Of a stretch of 64,000 nucleotides of DNA, positions 12,443 through 26,714 are shown one piece after another. Numbering within the stretch: the stretch's first letter is position 1; each line of letters opens with the position of its first letter. Made by a program: the position numbers and the translations under genes. The stretch lies in assembly GCF_006345805.1 (NCBI RefSeq), contig NC_043017.1:6696001-6760000 (forward strand). The letters are read 5' to 3'. The stretch comes from Octopus sinensis (taxonomy: Eukaryota). The notes beneath the pieces were generated by a model. It was given only the letters and a program-made list of their open reading frames with translations, was not told the origin of the DNA and ran no database searches.

Positions 12443-13435
12443 GGTTAGACAGTTTGACTGGAACTGTTAAACCAAGGAGATGTACCAGGCTCCTGTCTGC
12501 TTTTCACTTGGTTTCTATGGCTGGATGCCCTTCTTGATGTCTACATGTATAAAAACATTTACAGTATCTCCTGTTAGCTATTCATTAGAGAATTAAAATA
12601 ATACAAGCTTAAAAGTTCAGTTTTTCAAACCAAAATTTACAGCTGCAAAAAAAAAATGGTAGGTCGACTTATATGCCAAGACAACCTTGGAGGACTGAAA
12701 ATTCCATTTGAAATGTAAAGCAGGGTTTTGGAAATGTGATGACGTTTGACTGTTTACATTACATCATCAGTTAATGTCCATTGTCCATGCTGGCATGGGT
12801 CAGATGGTTTGGCCAGGCTCCACTCTGATTTGGCATGGTTTTCTACGGCTGGATGCTCTTTTTAATGCCAATCACTCCGATAGTGTAATGAGTGCTTTTA
12901 TATGCCACCATCACGGGTGCCATTTGCGTCACACCAGTATCTGCCATGACTGAGATTTTCCTCAGCTTGATGGGTCTTCTTCTCAAACACAACATAATGC
13001 CAAAGGCCTTGGTCATCGCGTCCGTGAGGCCCAACACACAAAAGGAACTCACCTACCACGCCTCCGTGAGGCCTACTTTCATTTTCTCTATCTGCTACAT
13101 TGACTTGTATGCCAAAAATATGGTATATTTATGTCACATCTTCATCTTTCTCTCCTCTCTTTCCCCTTCTTCATCCAAGATAGCAATATCTCTCTTCTAA
13201 TGCAAGACACCTTTTCTGTCCCTCAATACTACTCCCCACCGTTGACGTCACTTGGTGACCTTGCTGTTGCTGGTGCCATATAAAAAGTACCAAGTAGACT
13301 TTGTAAAGTGGTTGGCATTAGGAAGGGCATCCAACCCTAGATACCATGCCAAAGCAGACAGCAGAGCTTGGAATAGTCCTCTGACTTGCCAGTTCTTGTC
13401 AAACCGTCCAACCCATTCCAGCATAGAAAATGGAT

Positions 13436-13775
13436 GAGAGCAGTCGAGTTTATTTCAGATATTCTCATTTTAAAAATCTCAAAAACTTTTGGATGGATAC
13501 GGATGAAACCTTCAGGGATGTTTGGCCTCATGACTGGCATGAACTGATTAGGTTTTGGGATTGACCCAGTACCCGGACAAGGATTCTGGACTATTTTTCT
13601 ATTTTTTTTTAATTTAATTTTTGTGGGTGGTTGGGTTTATTTTTAGTATTCCCGTTTGTGAGAGCAGTTGAGTTTCTTTCAGATATTCTCATTTTAAAAA
13701 CCATCTCCGGCCAATTGTTGAGAGGATGGTACTGTTGCCTTGGTGGAGGTTTGCGCTCGCTGGGTGCTTTTGTTA
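13436..13775. mobile_element. Non-autonomous Helentron-like (HINE-type) element fragment
   Basis: Duplicated GAGAGCAGT.GAGTTT.TTT.AGATATTCTCATTTTAAAAA block, and the terminal motif CCTTGGTGGAGGTTTGCGCTC.CTG.GTGCTTT typical of such elements. Confidence 0.5.
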
Positions 13776-14246
13776 TATAATTATTATCGTTTCCAGTTTC
13801 AGCACAAGGCCGGCAGTTTTGAGGGGAGAGTGTTAGCAGATACCTTCAATACCTGTACATAGCTGGTATTTTATTTTATCAACCCTAGAAGGCTAAAAGA
13901 TAAAATTGGCCAGGTCAGGATGTGAACTTAAAATGTCAAGAGATGGAAGAAATAATAATCCTTTCTACTATAGACACAAGGCCTAAAATTTTGTGAGGAA
14001 GGGGGCTAATTGATTACATCGACCCCAGAGTTTCACTGGTACTTAATTTTTCGACCCTGAAAGGATGAAAGGCAAAATTGACCTTGGCAGAATTTGAACT
14101 CAGAACATAACGATGGGTGAAATAGCGCTAAGCATTTCATCCTGTGCACTGATTCTGCCAGCTCACTGCTTTACATGGAAGGAATAATGATAATAATTGT
14201 TTCAAAAACATATATACATGTGTGTATATATACATACACACACATG

Positions 14247-14282
<36 letters not shown>

Positions 14283-14554
14283 TTCATACAGATCCACACT
14301 CACACGCATACATACAAATGTATATACATATATTTTTGTATATACACATGTATTTATAGTTGGACTGAACTTAAAACCACCAGGTTGTGAAGTAAACCTT
14401 TTTAACCACAAAATTACATGTCATATATATATATATATATATGGTTCCAGGTTCAGTCCCACTGCATGGCACCTTCGGTAAGTGTCTTCTACTATAGCCT
14501 CGGGCCGACCAAAGCCTTGTGAGTGGATCTGATAGATGGAAACTGAAAGAAGTC

Positions 14555-14605
<51 letters not shown>

Positions 14606-17286
14606 TATATATTATATATATATATACACACACATATATATACACACATATATATACATGTATGTGGGTTTGTGGTTTGTCCACTCACCAATGTTGGTGT
14701 GTTTATGCTCCTGAAATTTAGCGGTTTGGCAAAAGCGACCAATAGAATAAGTACTAGGCTTACAAGGAATAAGTCCTGGGGTCAATTTGTTCGACTAAAG
14801 GCAGTACTCCAGCATGACTGCAGTCAAATGGCTGAAACAAGTAAAAGAATGTATACATATACATATATATATATATATATATATGAGACCATGTGCACAT
14901 ATATGTCGTCTGTCTTTGCATTCTGAGTTCAAATTCCGTCAAGGCCGGCTTTGCCTTTCAGGGTCAATAAATTAAGTACCAGTTACATACTGGTCCCAGT
15001 CTAATTGACTGGCCCCCTCCCCAAAAATTTCAGGCCTTGTGCCTGGAGTGGAAAAAAAAATTTATATATATATTTATACAATCACATATGCATATATATA
15101 GATATATATGTAACAACATGAGCATATATATATATATATATTGTGCACATATCAGTTATACTTTTGTATCTGACGTATGCACTTGTAACACTAACAGGAT
15201 ATGCAAGCACTAACCAATCGCAATGTTTTCCTGAGTGAGTGTATATATGTGTCAGTATGTTAATGTGTGTTAGATTGCTATGGATGTTAGAGTGCTTCCC
15301 ACTGTTAAAGGTTGTTGAAGTATATGTGCAGACATAAGCTGCATGCAACTATAAATACATATGTGCATATATACATCTGTATGTATGCGTGTGAGTGTGT
15401 ATTTATATGAGCATATATATATATGTGCGTGTCATCATCATCATTTAGCATCCATTTTCCATGCTAGCATGGGTTGGACGGTTCAACTGGGGTCTGTGAA
15501 GCTGGAAGGCTTCATCAGGCCCAGTCAGATCTGGCAGTGTTTCTACGGCTGGATGCCCTTCCTAACGCCAACCACTCTGTGAGTGTAGTGGGTGCTTTTT
15601 ACGTGCCACCCGCACAGGTGCCAGACAGAGCTGGCAAATGGCCACGAACAGATGGTGCTTTTACGTGCCACCAATACGGGGGCCAGACAGAGCTGATGTA
15701 TATATTCACATATGTATATATGGTTTTGAAACAATTATTATTATTCCTTCCATGTAAGGCAGTGTGCAGGCCGAATCAGCAAAACCATTCAGGATCATTC
15801 AAATACATTGAGATATCTTGTCCATGGACAAACAAGTAATCAATTAGTCCCCTGCCCCCTAATTTCAGGCCCCTTGCCCTATATTTAAAAGGAAGGATTT
15901 ATTACCATTAGTATTCTTTTAATGAGGAAGAAGTTTTCTCTAGGTTTCATTGGTGATTTCTTCATTGATACTGTCGTCATCATCATCATCATCATCACAA
16001 TGAAAATTACTACAAGGCTGTGCGGTAAGACATATGCTTCCCAACCACATGGTTCCGGGGTTCAGTCCCACTGCATGGCACCTTGAGCAAGCATCTGTTA
16101 TAGCTTTGTGCCAGCCGAATCCTTGTGAGTGGATTTGGAGGGTGGAAACCAAAAGAAGTCCATCATATATGTGTATATATATATATATGCGTGTTTCTGT
16201 ATGTGTACCACCTGACAACTGGTGTTGGTGTGTTTACATCCCCGTAAGCTAGCATATCAGCAAAAGCAACTGGTGGAATAAATTCAGTGCTTTAAAAAAA
16301 AAGTAGAAGTATGGGTTTGATTGCTTTGACTACAAAATTCTCCACAGCATGGCCAGTGAAAGATATTTATAGAATAGAAGGAAAAACCTGAAGTAGGGTT
16401 CTTAGGGTAAGGCCCCACTTCCCCATTGTAATTCTGATTATATTAAAACTGTTTCAACATTGTTTTATTTTTAAATTTCTTTGTAAATTTTTTTTTTACT
16501 TATATAAAGTGAGATTAGGTGAAGCTATATCAGGTCAGGTAAGGTCACTGTTGTTCTCCTCTCCAACCCTGCTCACCACATTGATCTTTTATCATTTCAA
16601 TGCGATATGATATGTGTTAATCTGGGGTCAGCTAAAAACAAAAACTGAATACACACACATATATATATTATATACGTAATGTATATGTGATATACACATA
16701 TATATGCTGAAAAATATATAAGTATAAATGAATAAACAGATAAAATATATACACATTCATATACACAAATATGAATAATATATACATGGTATAGACACAC
16801 ACACATACATTATGTATGCAATATATTTATATATATATATACATGGTATACATAATATATATAAAATATATGCACACATGTTGATGGTAGTAATGAAAGA
16901 AACAAATAAGACACTGTACAATTTAAAAGTAGAGTACTTTGATTTGGTTGGAAACTAACGATAAAGGCTAATTGTAGTTTCCTCACATGAAAAGCCACAC
17001 AATTCATCAGATGGCCGTGTTTGAGTAGAATGACACCTGTTGAAGGATTATGTTATGCTTTCAGTAAAGAAAAGGATATGTACCCATTGACATTGGCTTC
17101 AACTGACTATACATACATATATGTGAGTATATATATAATATATATACATGCATACACACACACACATACACATAAATATGTATACATACACATATATACA
17201 GATTAAACACACACACATATAATATATATATATAATGTACATGTAAAGAGAGAAAAGAAGAAAATTTTGGTGAATATAAATATATA

Positions 17287-17357
<71 letters not shown>

Positions 17358-18149
17358 TCAAAATGGTTGACCATTTAAAAAAATAATGTTTTTGTCTTTA
17401 TTATTATCATCATTATCATCCTTATTATTATTATTACTATTATTATTATTATTATCCTCATCATCATTATTATAATTATTATTATTATGGTAATTATCTT
17501 TTTCTATTTTTTTTTAATATTGCAATTATAATTGTACGAAAACTAGTTTGTATAACGTGATCAACAAACCTTGGTGAGAGCACTGGCAGACATGAGATGC
17601 GAGATGTGTGTCGGATGATATCGGATGAGAAGCTCTTTGCGTTGGTCAGAGCATTGAATGGTGCATCATTTCTGTTGTTCTCTTTCCACTCCCATATCTT
17701 CTCTCCTCCTCCCCTTCCCCTCTTTCCGTCCCCCCCTTCCTCTGTCCACCTCTCCCGAGTGGTCACCTCTACTGCAATGAATGAAAACCCTACTACGGGC
17801 CTGCTATGGCCCATACACTGATAGTGATGCAATATCCGGAGATAAATTATCAGAAGTTGGATCATGAAACTCCCATATTGCCACATATCCAAACTTCTAT
17901 GTTGTTCTGTTCTATATTTTAGGGAAATGCAGAATTATGTACAATAATGGGCGGCTAGCTGGCAGAATTGTTAACATGCCATTACGTTCTGAGTTCAAAT
18001 TCCACCGAGGACGACTTAGCCTTTCACCCTTTCGGGGTTGATTAAATAAGTACCAGTTATGCACTGGGGTCAATGTAATTGACTTAAGCCCTTTGTCTGT
18101 CCTTGTTTGTCTCCTCTATGTTTAACCCCCTGTGGGCAATAAAGAAATA

Positions 18150-18470
18150 AATATTTACAATGAACAGAGAAGTGTCCTCATCTTGTTTCTTGTTAACACA
18201 ACATTTCGACTGATGTACTCTCCAGCCTTCATCAGGTGTCTTGGGGAAATTTCGAACACCTATCTGTCCATTGTGAATATTGTTCTACGTTGTTATTGTT
18301 CATTATTTACATTTGACGGATATTTGTCCTCATCTTGTTTGTTGTTAGCACAACGTTTCGGCTGATATACCCTCCAGCTTTCATCAGGTGTCTTGGGGAA
18401 ATTTCAAACCTGGGTTCTCATTCCTAAGGTATTTTTCGATGATATTATAATTATTATTATTATTATTATT
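18150..18470 (-). mobile_element. Tandem Penelope-associated non-autonomous repeat carrying minimal hammerhead motifs
   Basis: Minus strand reads CAC-CTGATGA-AAGCTG..CAGCC-GAAA-CGTT-GTG (18346-18390), with a second, CpG-decayed copy at ~18196-18240. Related copies at 18660-18790 (+) and 43550-43700 (-). Confidence 0.65.
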
Positions 18471-19574
18471 ATTATTATCTCGTGTGTCTTCAACTGGTTC
18501 AAAAAATAAATTTGTTAATCCACTTTATTTTAGTTAATATATAAAGGATTAAGGTAACTCCTCCTGAAGATTATTATTATTATTATGCAGGTCACTGCCT
18601 GGAATCGAACTTGGAATCTTGGGGTTAGTAGCCCACGCTCTTAACCACTATGCTATATGCCCGATGAAGGCTGGAGGGGATATCAGCCAAGATGTTGTGT
18701 TAACAGCAAACAAGATGAGGACAAATATCCGTCAAATGTAAATAATGTACATAATTCCTCATCTCTTAAATATAGAACTGTTGTTATTGTTGTTGTTGCT
18801 ATTGCAAGCTGGCAGAATCGTTAGCTCACCGGGTGAAATGCTTAACAACATTTCATCCATGCATACGTTTTGAGTTCAAATTCTGCCGGAGTCCCCTTTG
18901 CCTTTCATCCTTTTCAGGGTCAATAAAAGTAGCACCAGTTGGGGACAGGGGTCAATTTAATCAACTTAGCCACTTCCCCAAACCTGCTGGACTTGTGCCA
19001 AAACTTGAAACCATTATTATTACCATTGTTTTTATTTTTTTTATTAATAGGGCAAGCGTTATCATGCAGGACAAAACATGCTTACAGCATTTCATTTGTC
19101 TTTATATTCTGAGTTCAAATTCCACTGAGGTGGTCTTCACCTTTCATCGTTTTGGGATCGATGAAATAAGGGCCAGTCAATGTTATCGATTAATCCCCTA
19201 AGGATTATTATTATTATTATTATTATTATTGCCTTTACACAGCTTCTAACGCTGGAGATGTACTACAGTGTCAGTTGTTCACTACCAGTGAACTAAGGTA
19301 ACACCCCTTATTTTTCCAGTTGATTACTGGGGTCGATGTAATCATCTGCTCTCCTCCCGCCAAAATTCAGGACTATAATAGAAAGGATCATTATTGTTGT
19401 TGCTATTGTCGTTGTCAAGGTCGTTCTCCTCCACTGGTGTGATCATCTCTATCAAAGCATGTTGAGGAAATTTTAGCTGCTATATATTTTTTTTTAAGAA
19501 CTCTAGCACTGACCATTTTACTAGTGCCATAAGGAGGAGAGGTTTCTAATATAAAGGGAACAGCATTCTTTATA

Positions 19575-19965
19575 GATAATTTACCTTATGACCAAAATGT
19601 AAGGAATTGCAACATTTTCAGACAAAATTCTTTCATGGGTACTTAAATACCAAAAATAATGATTTTTGGGACTGGGTCCTTCATAAGTTGTTACCTGATA
19701 ATAAAACATAAAGATTTTCAAAGTTTTAGGACTCAATTTTTCCAAAATACTTTAGGACCAAACTGCAAGCATTGTCATGTTTTGGGTTGGAGTTCTTTAC
19801 ATATTGGCACCAAATGACTAAACAGAAAGAATTGTAACATTTTGGGACAGTATTCTTTCCTTAGTACTTAAAGACCAAACATGGAAGATTTGTAATTTTT
19901 GGGGACAGTATTCTTTGTAAACCAGTACCAAATGATAAAGCATAAGGAACAAACATTTTAAGACA
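19575..19965. repeat. Degenerate minisatellite, ~55-60-bp units
   Basis: Recurrent GACCAAA...GAATTGTAACATTTTGGGACAGTATTCTTT...GTACTTAAA motif, ~6-7 diverged units. Confidence 0.65.
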
Positions 19966-21399
19966 GAATTTTTATATTATATCTACATATATATATATAT
20001 ATATGTATTTATTTATTCTGTGAATAATAATAATAATAATGATAGTATTTTTATAAGCTTAAAGCTTATAAGCCATCACCAAGCAATAACTAAAAAAAAT
20101 AGTCTAATAATGGGGCATATAAGCCCTCGACAGGAAAAAGTAGGTTTTCCCATATGCGTGGGACTTGAATCCACACTTCTTTGCAACCAAAAACAACAAA
20201 AAAAAGCATCACAGTAAAATATATACACACACACATATACATATGTATGTATGTATATAAGTGCAGGCGTAGCTGTGTGGTAAAAAACTTGCTTCCCAAC
20301 CACATGATTCCAGGTTCAGTCCCACTGCATGGCACCTTGAGCAAGAGTCTTTTACTATAGCTTCGAGCAGACTGAAGCCTTTGTGAGTGGATTTGGTCGA
20401 TGGAAACTGAAAGAAGCCCATCGTATATATATTTATATATCTATTTGTATGTTTTTGTTTCCTGCTCACTGCTTGACAACCAATGTTGGTGCGTTTATAT
20501 CCCCCATAACTTAGTGGTTCATCAAAAAAGACCGAAAGGATAAGTACTAGGCTTAAGAAATAAGTCCTGGGGTTGATTTGATCAAGGTGGTGCTCCAGCA
20601 TGGCCACAGTCAAACGACTGAAACAAGTAAAATAATAAATGAACACATATATATATATATATATATATATATCATATTATGACCAGAGAAAGAGGATAAT
20701 GACGTTTTGGTTACCAGCCCTTTTTTATAGAAATGTTGAAGTTATTTTCTTGTCATTAATGTCCTTGGTCAAGGCATCAATGTCTCAACATCACACCTTT
20801 TATTTTTCCCATCCTCCTAAAGAAATGTCACCTTTGCACTTATGTTAAGATATCCTAAGAACTAGACATCTATTTTCTTTTTCTCTCTCTCTTTCCATTC
20901 CTCTTCTCGCTCTCTCTCTCCCTCTCTCTCTCTTTCACCCTCTCTTCCTCTCCAGTGCTACTCACTGCTAACTGCCGTCCATTCAAAAGATGATATTCTT
21001 GTTGATCCCAGAATCGAGGTTCAAACCCATTGTGAAGTAAAGGAAAGAAGTGTTGTTGTTGTTGATGGTGGTGGTGGTGGTGGCCACAGAGAGGATTGTC
21101 TCCCTCACCAACACTGCCACCTCTACCTCACCTCGCTTATATTTAAAATAATTATGTTGTAATTTTTCTCTTAATATCTGTATATATGAACTATTATTTT
21201 TTTTTCTATTATTCAAAAAAGAAATCCTTATTAAGATTAAACCACTGTCATCATTATCATCATCATCATCATCATCATCATCATTAATATTATTATTATT
21301 ATTATCAATGTTGTAATTGTAATTGTCATTATCATCATCATCATCATCATTATTAATAATAATAAACGTGTCAAATTGGCTGAAACCCTCCGAAACCTT

Positions 21400-22760
21400 C
21401 AGAGTTCAGATTGCGCCGGGGCCAAACTTTGTCCTTCAATCTCCAGGAATGAGGAAAGGGAATCCATACATTTAGCATCCATCACCTTGTACTGTACAGG
21501 ACCTGATCCAACACACTACTCATTTCTTTTTCAAATTACCTGCGTTTTACCAATGAAGGGGTTTTTTTGTTGCCTGTGGGCCCTCAGAGGAACAGTAACC
21601 TCAAGTAGTATGATCAGCTTTTAAGGACATTAAGTCCAGGTTTTTTAAGGTCAGCAGAGCTTAGAACCAGAAACATTGATTTATTTAGTTTGCATCCTCC
21701 TGAGTTCAAATACAGAATAAGTTAGGCTTGTTTTTCATCCTTCCCGGGGGTTGATAAAATTGTGTCAGGGCCAAACCTTGTCTTTCATTTCTCCCAAAGA
21801 GAGGAAAACAAGGACCAATAAATTTATCATCCATCACTTTGTATTATACTGGAACTGATCTGATATACTTTTCATTACCGCTTCAAATTGTAAGCATTTT
21901 ACCAGTAAAGGGGTTTTGTTGCTTAAGGACCCTTAGAGGATCTGCAACCGCAAGTATGATCAGCTTTCAAAGACAATAAATGCAGCCTTTTGAAAGTCAA
22001 CAGAGCATAGTAAAACACTTTAGTTTACATTCTGGGCTCAAATGTGACATAGGTTAAGTTTGCTTTCCATCATTCCATGGGTCACTAAAAATTGTTATGG
22101 GGCCAAATTTTGTCCTTTATTCTCTAAGAATGATGAAAGGGGTTGATAAATTCAATATAGTGCTTTTTACTGTAATGAAGCTGACCCAATACACTACACA
22201 TTTTCTCTTAAAATTGCTAGATGCTTTGCCAGTAAAGGGTTTTTGTTGCTCAAGGGCCCTCAGAGAAGCAGCAACCTCAGGTATTATCAGCTTTCAAAAA
22301 CAATAAAGTCCAGATTTTTGAAAGTTGACAGACCTGAATATTTTACTCTGTTTTGCTTACATCCCAAGTTCAAAAAATTTCACAAAGATCAGATTTGTTT
22401 TTCCTCTTTCCGGGATTTAATAAAATTGCGCCCGGTCCAAACTTAGTCCTTCATTTTCAAAGGTTGAATAAAGACAATCGATAAATTTAGCATTTGTCAC
22501 TTTGTGGTCCAATATACTACCTATTTTCTTTTTAAATTGCAGATGTTTTATCGGTAAAGGGGTCTTGTTTAAGAGCTCTCAGAGAAGCAGTGACCTTAAG
22601 TATTATCAGCTTTGCAAGACAAAGTCCAGCTTTCCAGATCTCAGAAAAGCATAGAAACGAAAACTTTTAATTTGCATCCTGAGTTCAAATGTTACCTATA
22701 TTAAATTTATTTTTCATCCATCTGGGGGCTGATAAAATAATGTTGCATTCAAGTACTTGT
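21400..22760. repeat. Old tandem array of four ~335-350-bp units containing SINE-A remnants and a conserved core
   Basis: Unit starts (GGGCCAAAC) at ~21418, 21768, 22100 and 22434. Each unit has the core TTACCAGTAAAGGG...CTCAGAG...ATCAGCTTT. Confidence 0.85.
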
Positions 22761-25265
22761 GGGGGCCAATATAATTGTCATAATTTCTGCCACAAAATGT
22801 CTGACCTTGCACCTAAGTTAGTAAGTCTCTCTATGCTACTAAGACTCTGTGATTAGTCAGAATTAGTAGAGCAACAGAGATAAATGCCTTGTGGTATTTA
22901 GTTACTTCTCTTTTAAGTTTTCAGGTTTATATACCACCAAGACCGACTTATGGGTCAGTAAAATGTCAGGTTTTGGGACTTCATTACAAAATCAAGATTA
23001 TCGAAGAAGAATAGACTAAAGAGCTGACAATTCGGATTTCAATGTTATGAGTTCAATTTCTACTAGGCTGACTTTCCCTTTCATCTCTCCTTCCTGGAGT
23101 CAATAAAATAAGTACCATCCATGTACAGGGTGTTGTTTCATTTCGTTGCACCCGTCCCTGTTGCTCCATACAAGTTTGTGGCTATGTGCCAATGTGAAAT
23201 ATCATCCTCATAATTATTTTTTGTCATCATCACCATCCTCATCCTTATTATTATTATTATTATGATCATTATTATTATTATTATCATTATTATTATTATT
23301 ATCATTATTATTACTATTATTATTATTTTCATCATTATTATTATAAACTGGTTTAATAAAAACAAAATTGGTGCAAATATTGTTGTTGTTTTATAATTAT
23401 TATTATTATTATTATTGTGTTACGTATCTTGGTTTTAAATATGGAAAAATTACGCTAATTTCTGGCACTTTAGCCTTCCTCAGGGTAAGGTACTGAAGAG
23501 AGATAACCCTGGGCAGATTCAAAGCTGCGGCTCTATCCTAAAGTGAGTGAGTTTCGCTTGTGGGCCGCCTGGTCGAAATAAATATAGTGGTATCATCACC
23601 AAGTTGTGATGGGAAATAAATGAAGATTGCTTTGAAATTGATAAAGATTCCAACCAGGGGTGCATTTTATTTCTATGCATTTTCAGCTTGTATACAATTA
23701 TGATTCCGGGTGCGGCAAGTGTTCAATAAAATAGACATCAGAAATATTGGGAAGTGAAAAATTGGCAATATCAGATATGCGGATCATCTGAGACTAATTG
23801 TGGAAAAAATAAACAAAGTCTTAGAATTGGTCTTGAACACAGTTGCTGGATATAGGGAAAGCAACCAGGTTCCCTGGACATTGTTAATCTTTATGTATGA
23901 ACTTGCTCAATTGCTGAACTATTGAACGATGTATGAAAAAAAAAAAGAAGATACAAAATGGAAAACACATTCCATGAATGTCTTCTATACTGTTACTCCT
24001 GGATGCAGGTCAGATATCGCACGCAAACCACCATAGTTTCAAGTGATTGGTCTTTTACTCAACCAATCAGCATGAAGCGATGGCGTGGACAAGTTTTATT
24101 AAACATTCTAGAACTTGACTTGCGGTCTCCTATAGAAACCGTTTGGCGAATATTTTTTTTTTTTCTATCAGACGACCCAGAAAGGCAGCAAAAACAGATG
24201 GCACAGATAGATGATAGGAACTTCCGTCGCCCCGAATATTGCACAATTGTTTCCAGTTATATTGGCCAAGCCGGATGTTTCTGTGCAAATAGCTTGCTAT
24301 AAATTCTAAGCCGTAACTATCTCCCAGTATGTAATTATTGGTGTTGTTATTTGTAAAAGGCCAATGCAGTTTGTCTTTATGTACGATGCTAAAATCTTCT
24401 TTTAAGTGGCCATAGGTGCTGTTCAGTTACTTCTTCATGCAGCCTAAGAAACATATTTCCATTCATTTACTCAACCAATCACCACCAAACAAGACCAGCC
24501 AACAACCAACAGATAGCCATATTGTAATTATTTTCAATCCATAAGAAATGTATCACTTTGTACAATGTTTACTTAATAAATTCTTAGGTTATATATTATT
24601 CTGATGATTTCTAAAAAGAATGAAATAACGCTATACATAAATACCTTCAACTAGACATTTTAAGATCTTTGTAATGAGTAAGCAAAAAAATTGAACATAT
24701 ATTCTGTGCATATTCTTCCTTGTTCTTTGGTTTGAAATACAAACTTCTAATTGCGGCAAAATTTATCTAGAAATGATTATCTCCCTTTCAATAACTGGTC
24801 ACCAGTGCACAAAACCAGTTTTTTCTTTGTGTTAAGAGAACATGAGAAACCATTAAGCCATTAACCAAGCGGATAACATTTTATATCAAAAACCAAGCTA
24901 TTGAATTTCTTTCAACTCCTTTGAAGCTATGATTTCTCGATATTAAATTGATTTATAAAAGAAATAATGAGTTAAACAGCCAAGACAAAAGCTGTAATAA
25001 CTGAACTAAATTTTATGTAGAATACATCGGAATATTTCAATTGAAACAAAAGAAATGGGTTGTCAAAGTTATTTTTCATTAAGTTGTGATGTAATTTATG
25101 TAAATACAATGGCGCAGGCATGGCTAAATGGTTAGGAGTTTGTTTTGCAATCATGAGGTTTCGCGTTCAGTCCCACAGTGCGGCACCTTGGACTAGTAAA
25201 GTGAATTTAGTAGACGAAAACTATGTGGTTGGTAAGCAAGCTACTTACCACACAGCCGTTCCGGC

Positions 25266-25680
25266 GCCTCTCTTTACTCTTTTACTTGTTTCAGTCATTT
25301 GACTGCGGCCATGCTGGAGCACCGCCTTTTAGTCGAGCAAATCGACCCCGGGACTTATTCTTTGTAAGCCCAGTACTTATTCTATCAGTCTCTTTTGCCG
25401 AACCGCTAAGTGACGGGGACGTAAACACACCAGCATCAGCTATCAAGCAATGCTAGGGGGACAAACACAGACACACAAACATATACACACACATACATAT
25501 ATATACATACATATATACGACAGGCTTCTTTCAGTTTCCGTCTACCAAATCCACTTACAAGGCATTGGTCGGCCCGGGGCTATAGCAGAAGACACTTGCC
25601 CAAGATGCCACGCAGTGGGACTGAACCCGGAACCATGTGGTTGGTTAGCAAGCTACTTACCACACAGCCACTCCTGCGCC
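25266..25680 (-). mobile_element. Full-length SINE family B
   Basis: Reverse complement of 50299-50705, including the head GGCGCAGGAGTGGCTGTGTGG and the tail GAAACAAGTAAAAGAGTA. Confidence 0.9.
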
Positions 25681-25991
25681 AATTTACTTTTCCTAAAATT
25701 TTTGTTGCATCTTGCAATCTTTTCAAGAGTCGTTGACTCTGTCCGTTATCAGAGATGCCTTCTTTTTGTTTGTTTGTGCGCATGTGTCACAAGAGAGTGA
25801 CTCTCCCCATATTCTTTTACATGCTTCTGTCATTTGACTGCATTCATGCTAGAGCGCTGTCTCGAAGGGTATTAGTGGAACAAATCGACTCCAGGACTTT
25901 GTAAGCCTAGTACTTATTCCATCGTTTTTTCTTTTGCCGAACCGCTAAGTTACTGGGTCGTAATCACACCAACACCGATTGTCAAGCAATG

Positions 25992-26529
25992 ATAAGGGGA
26001 CGAACACAGACAGAAAGACATACACACACACACATACACATAAACATACGACAGGCTTCTTTCAGTTTCTGTCAACCAAATGCACTGACAAGACTTTGGT
26101 CGGTCCAAGGCTATTGTAGAAGACACTTACCCAAGTTTCCACGCAGCGGGACTGAACACGGAACCATGTGGTTGGGAAGCAAGCTTCTTACCACACAGCC
26201 ACGCCTGCGCCGATATATATATATATATAATCATCCATTTTCTATGTAGGCATTGGACTGCAGCCATGCTGGAGCACCTCTTCAAGTGTTTAGTCGAACA
26301 AATCAAACCCAGTATTGATTTTAAAGTTTTATACAATCTGTTTCTTTTGCCGAACCGCTATGTTATAGGGACACAAACAAACCAATGCCGGTTGTCAGTC
26401 GATGGTGATGGAGAAGCACAAAAACACACATACAAGTAAACATATAAACGCACAAACATATAAATACACACGATGGGCTTCCACACAATTTCCGTCTACG
26501 ATATTCACTCACTAAGTATTAGTTGTAAA
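25992..26529. repeat. Local segmental duplication, copy 1 (two SINE-B pieces plus spacer)
   Basis: Collinear with 30249-30813 and sharing diagnostic variants (ACTGACAAGACTTTGG, CTGAACACGG, CATCCATTTTCTATGTAGGCATT). Confidence 0.85.
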
Positions 26530-26714
26530 AGACACTTGTCCAGGCTGGGGCGCAGTGGGAGTGAACCCAAAACCCCGTGGTTGCCAAGCAAGCTTCTTAA
26601 CCACATAACCACATCTACACCTATTTTATTTCTATTGTTATTTATTTAGTTATTTATTTATTTATTTTAGGTGGTGGTGGGCAGGTCTCTTCAGGCTTTC
26701 TCTTTGGTACTACA

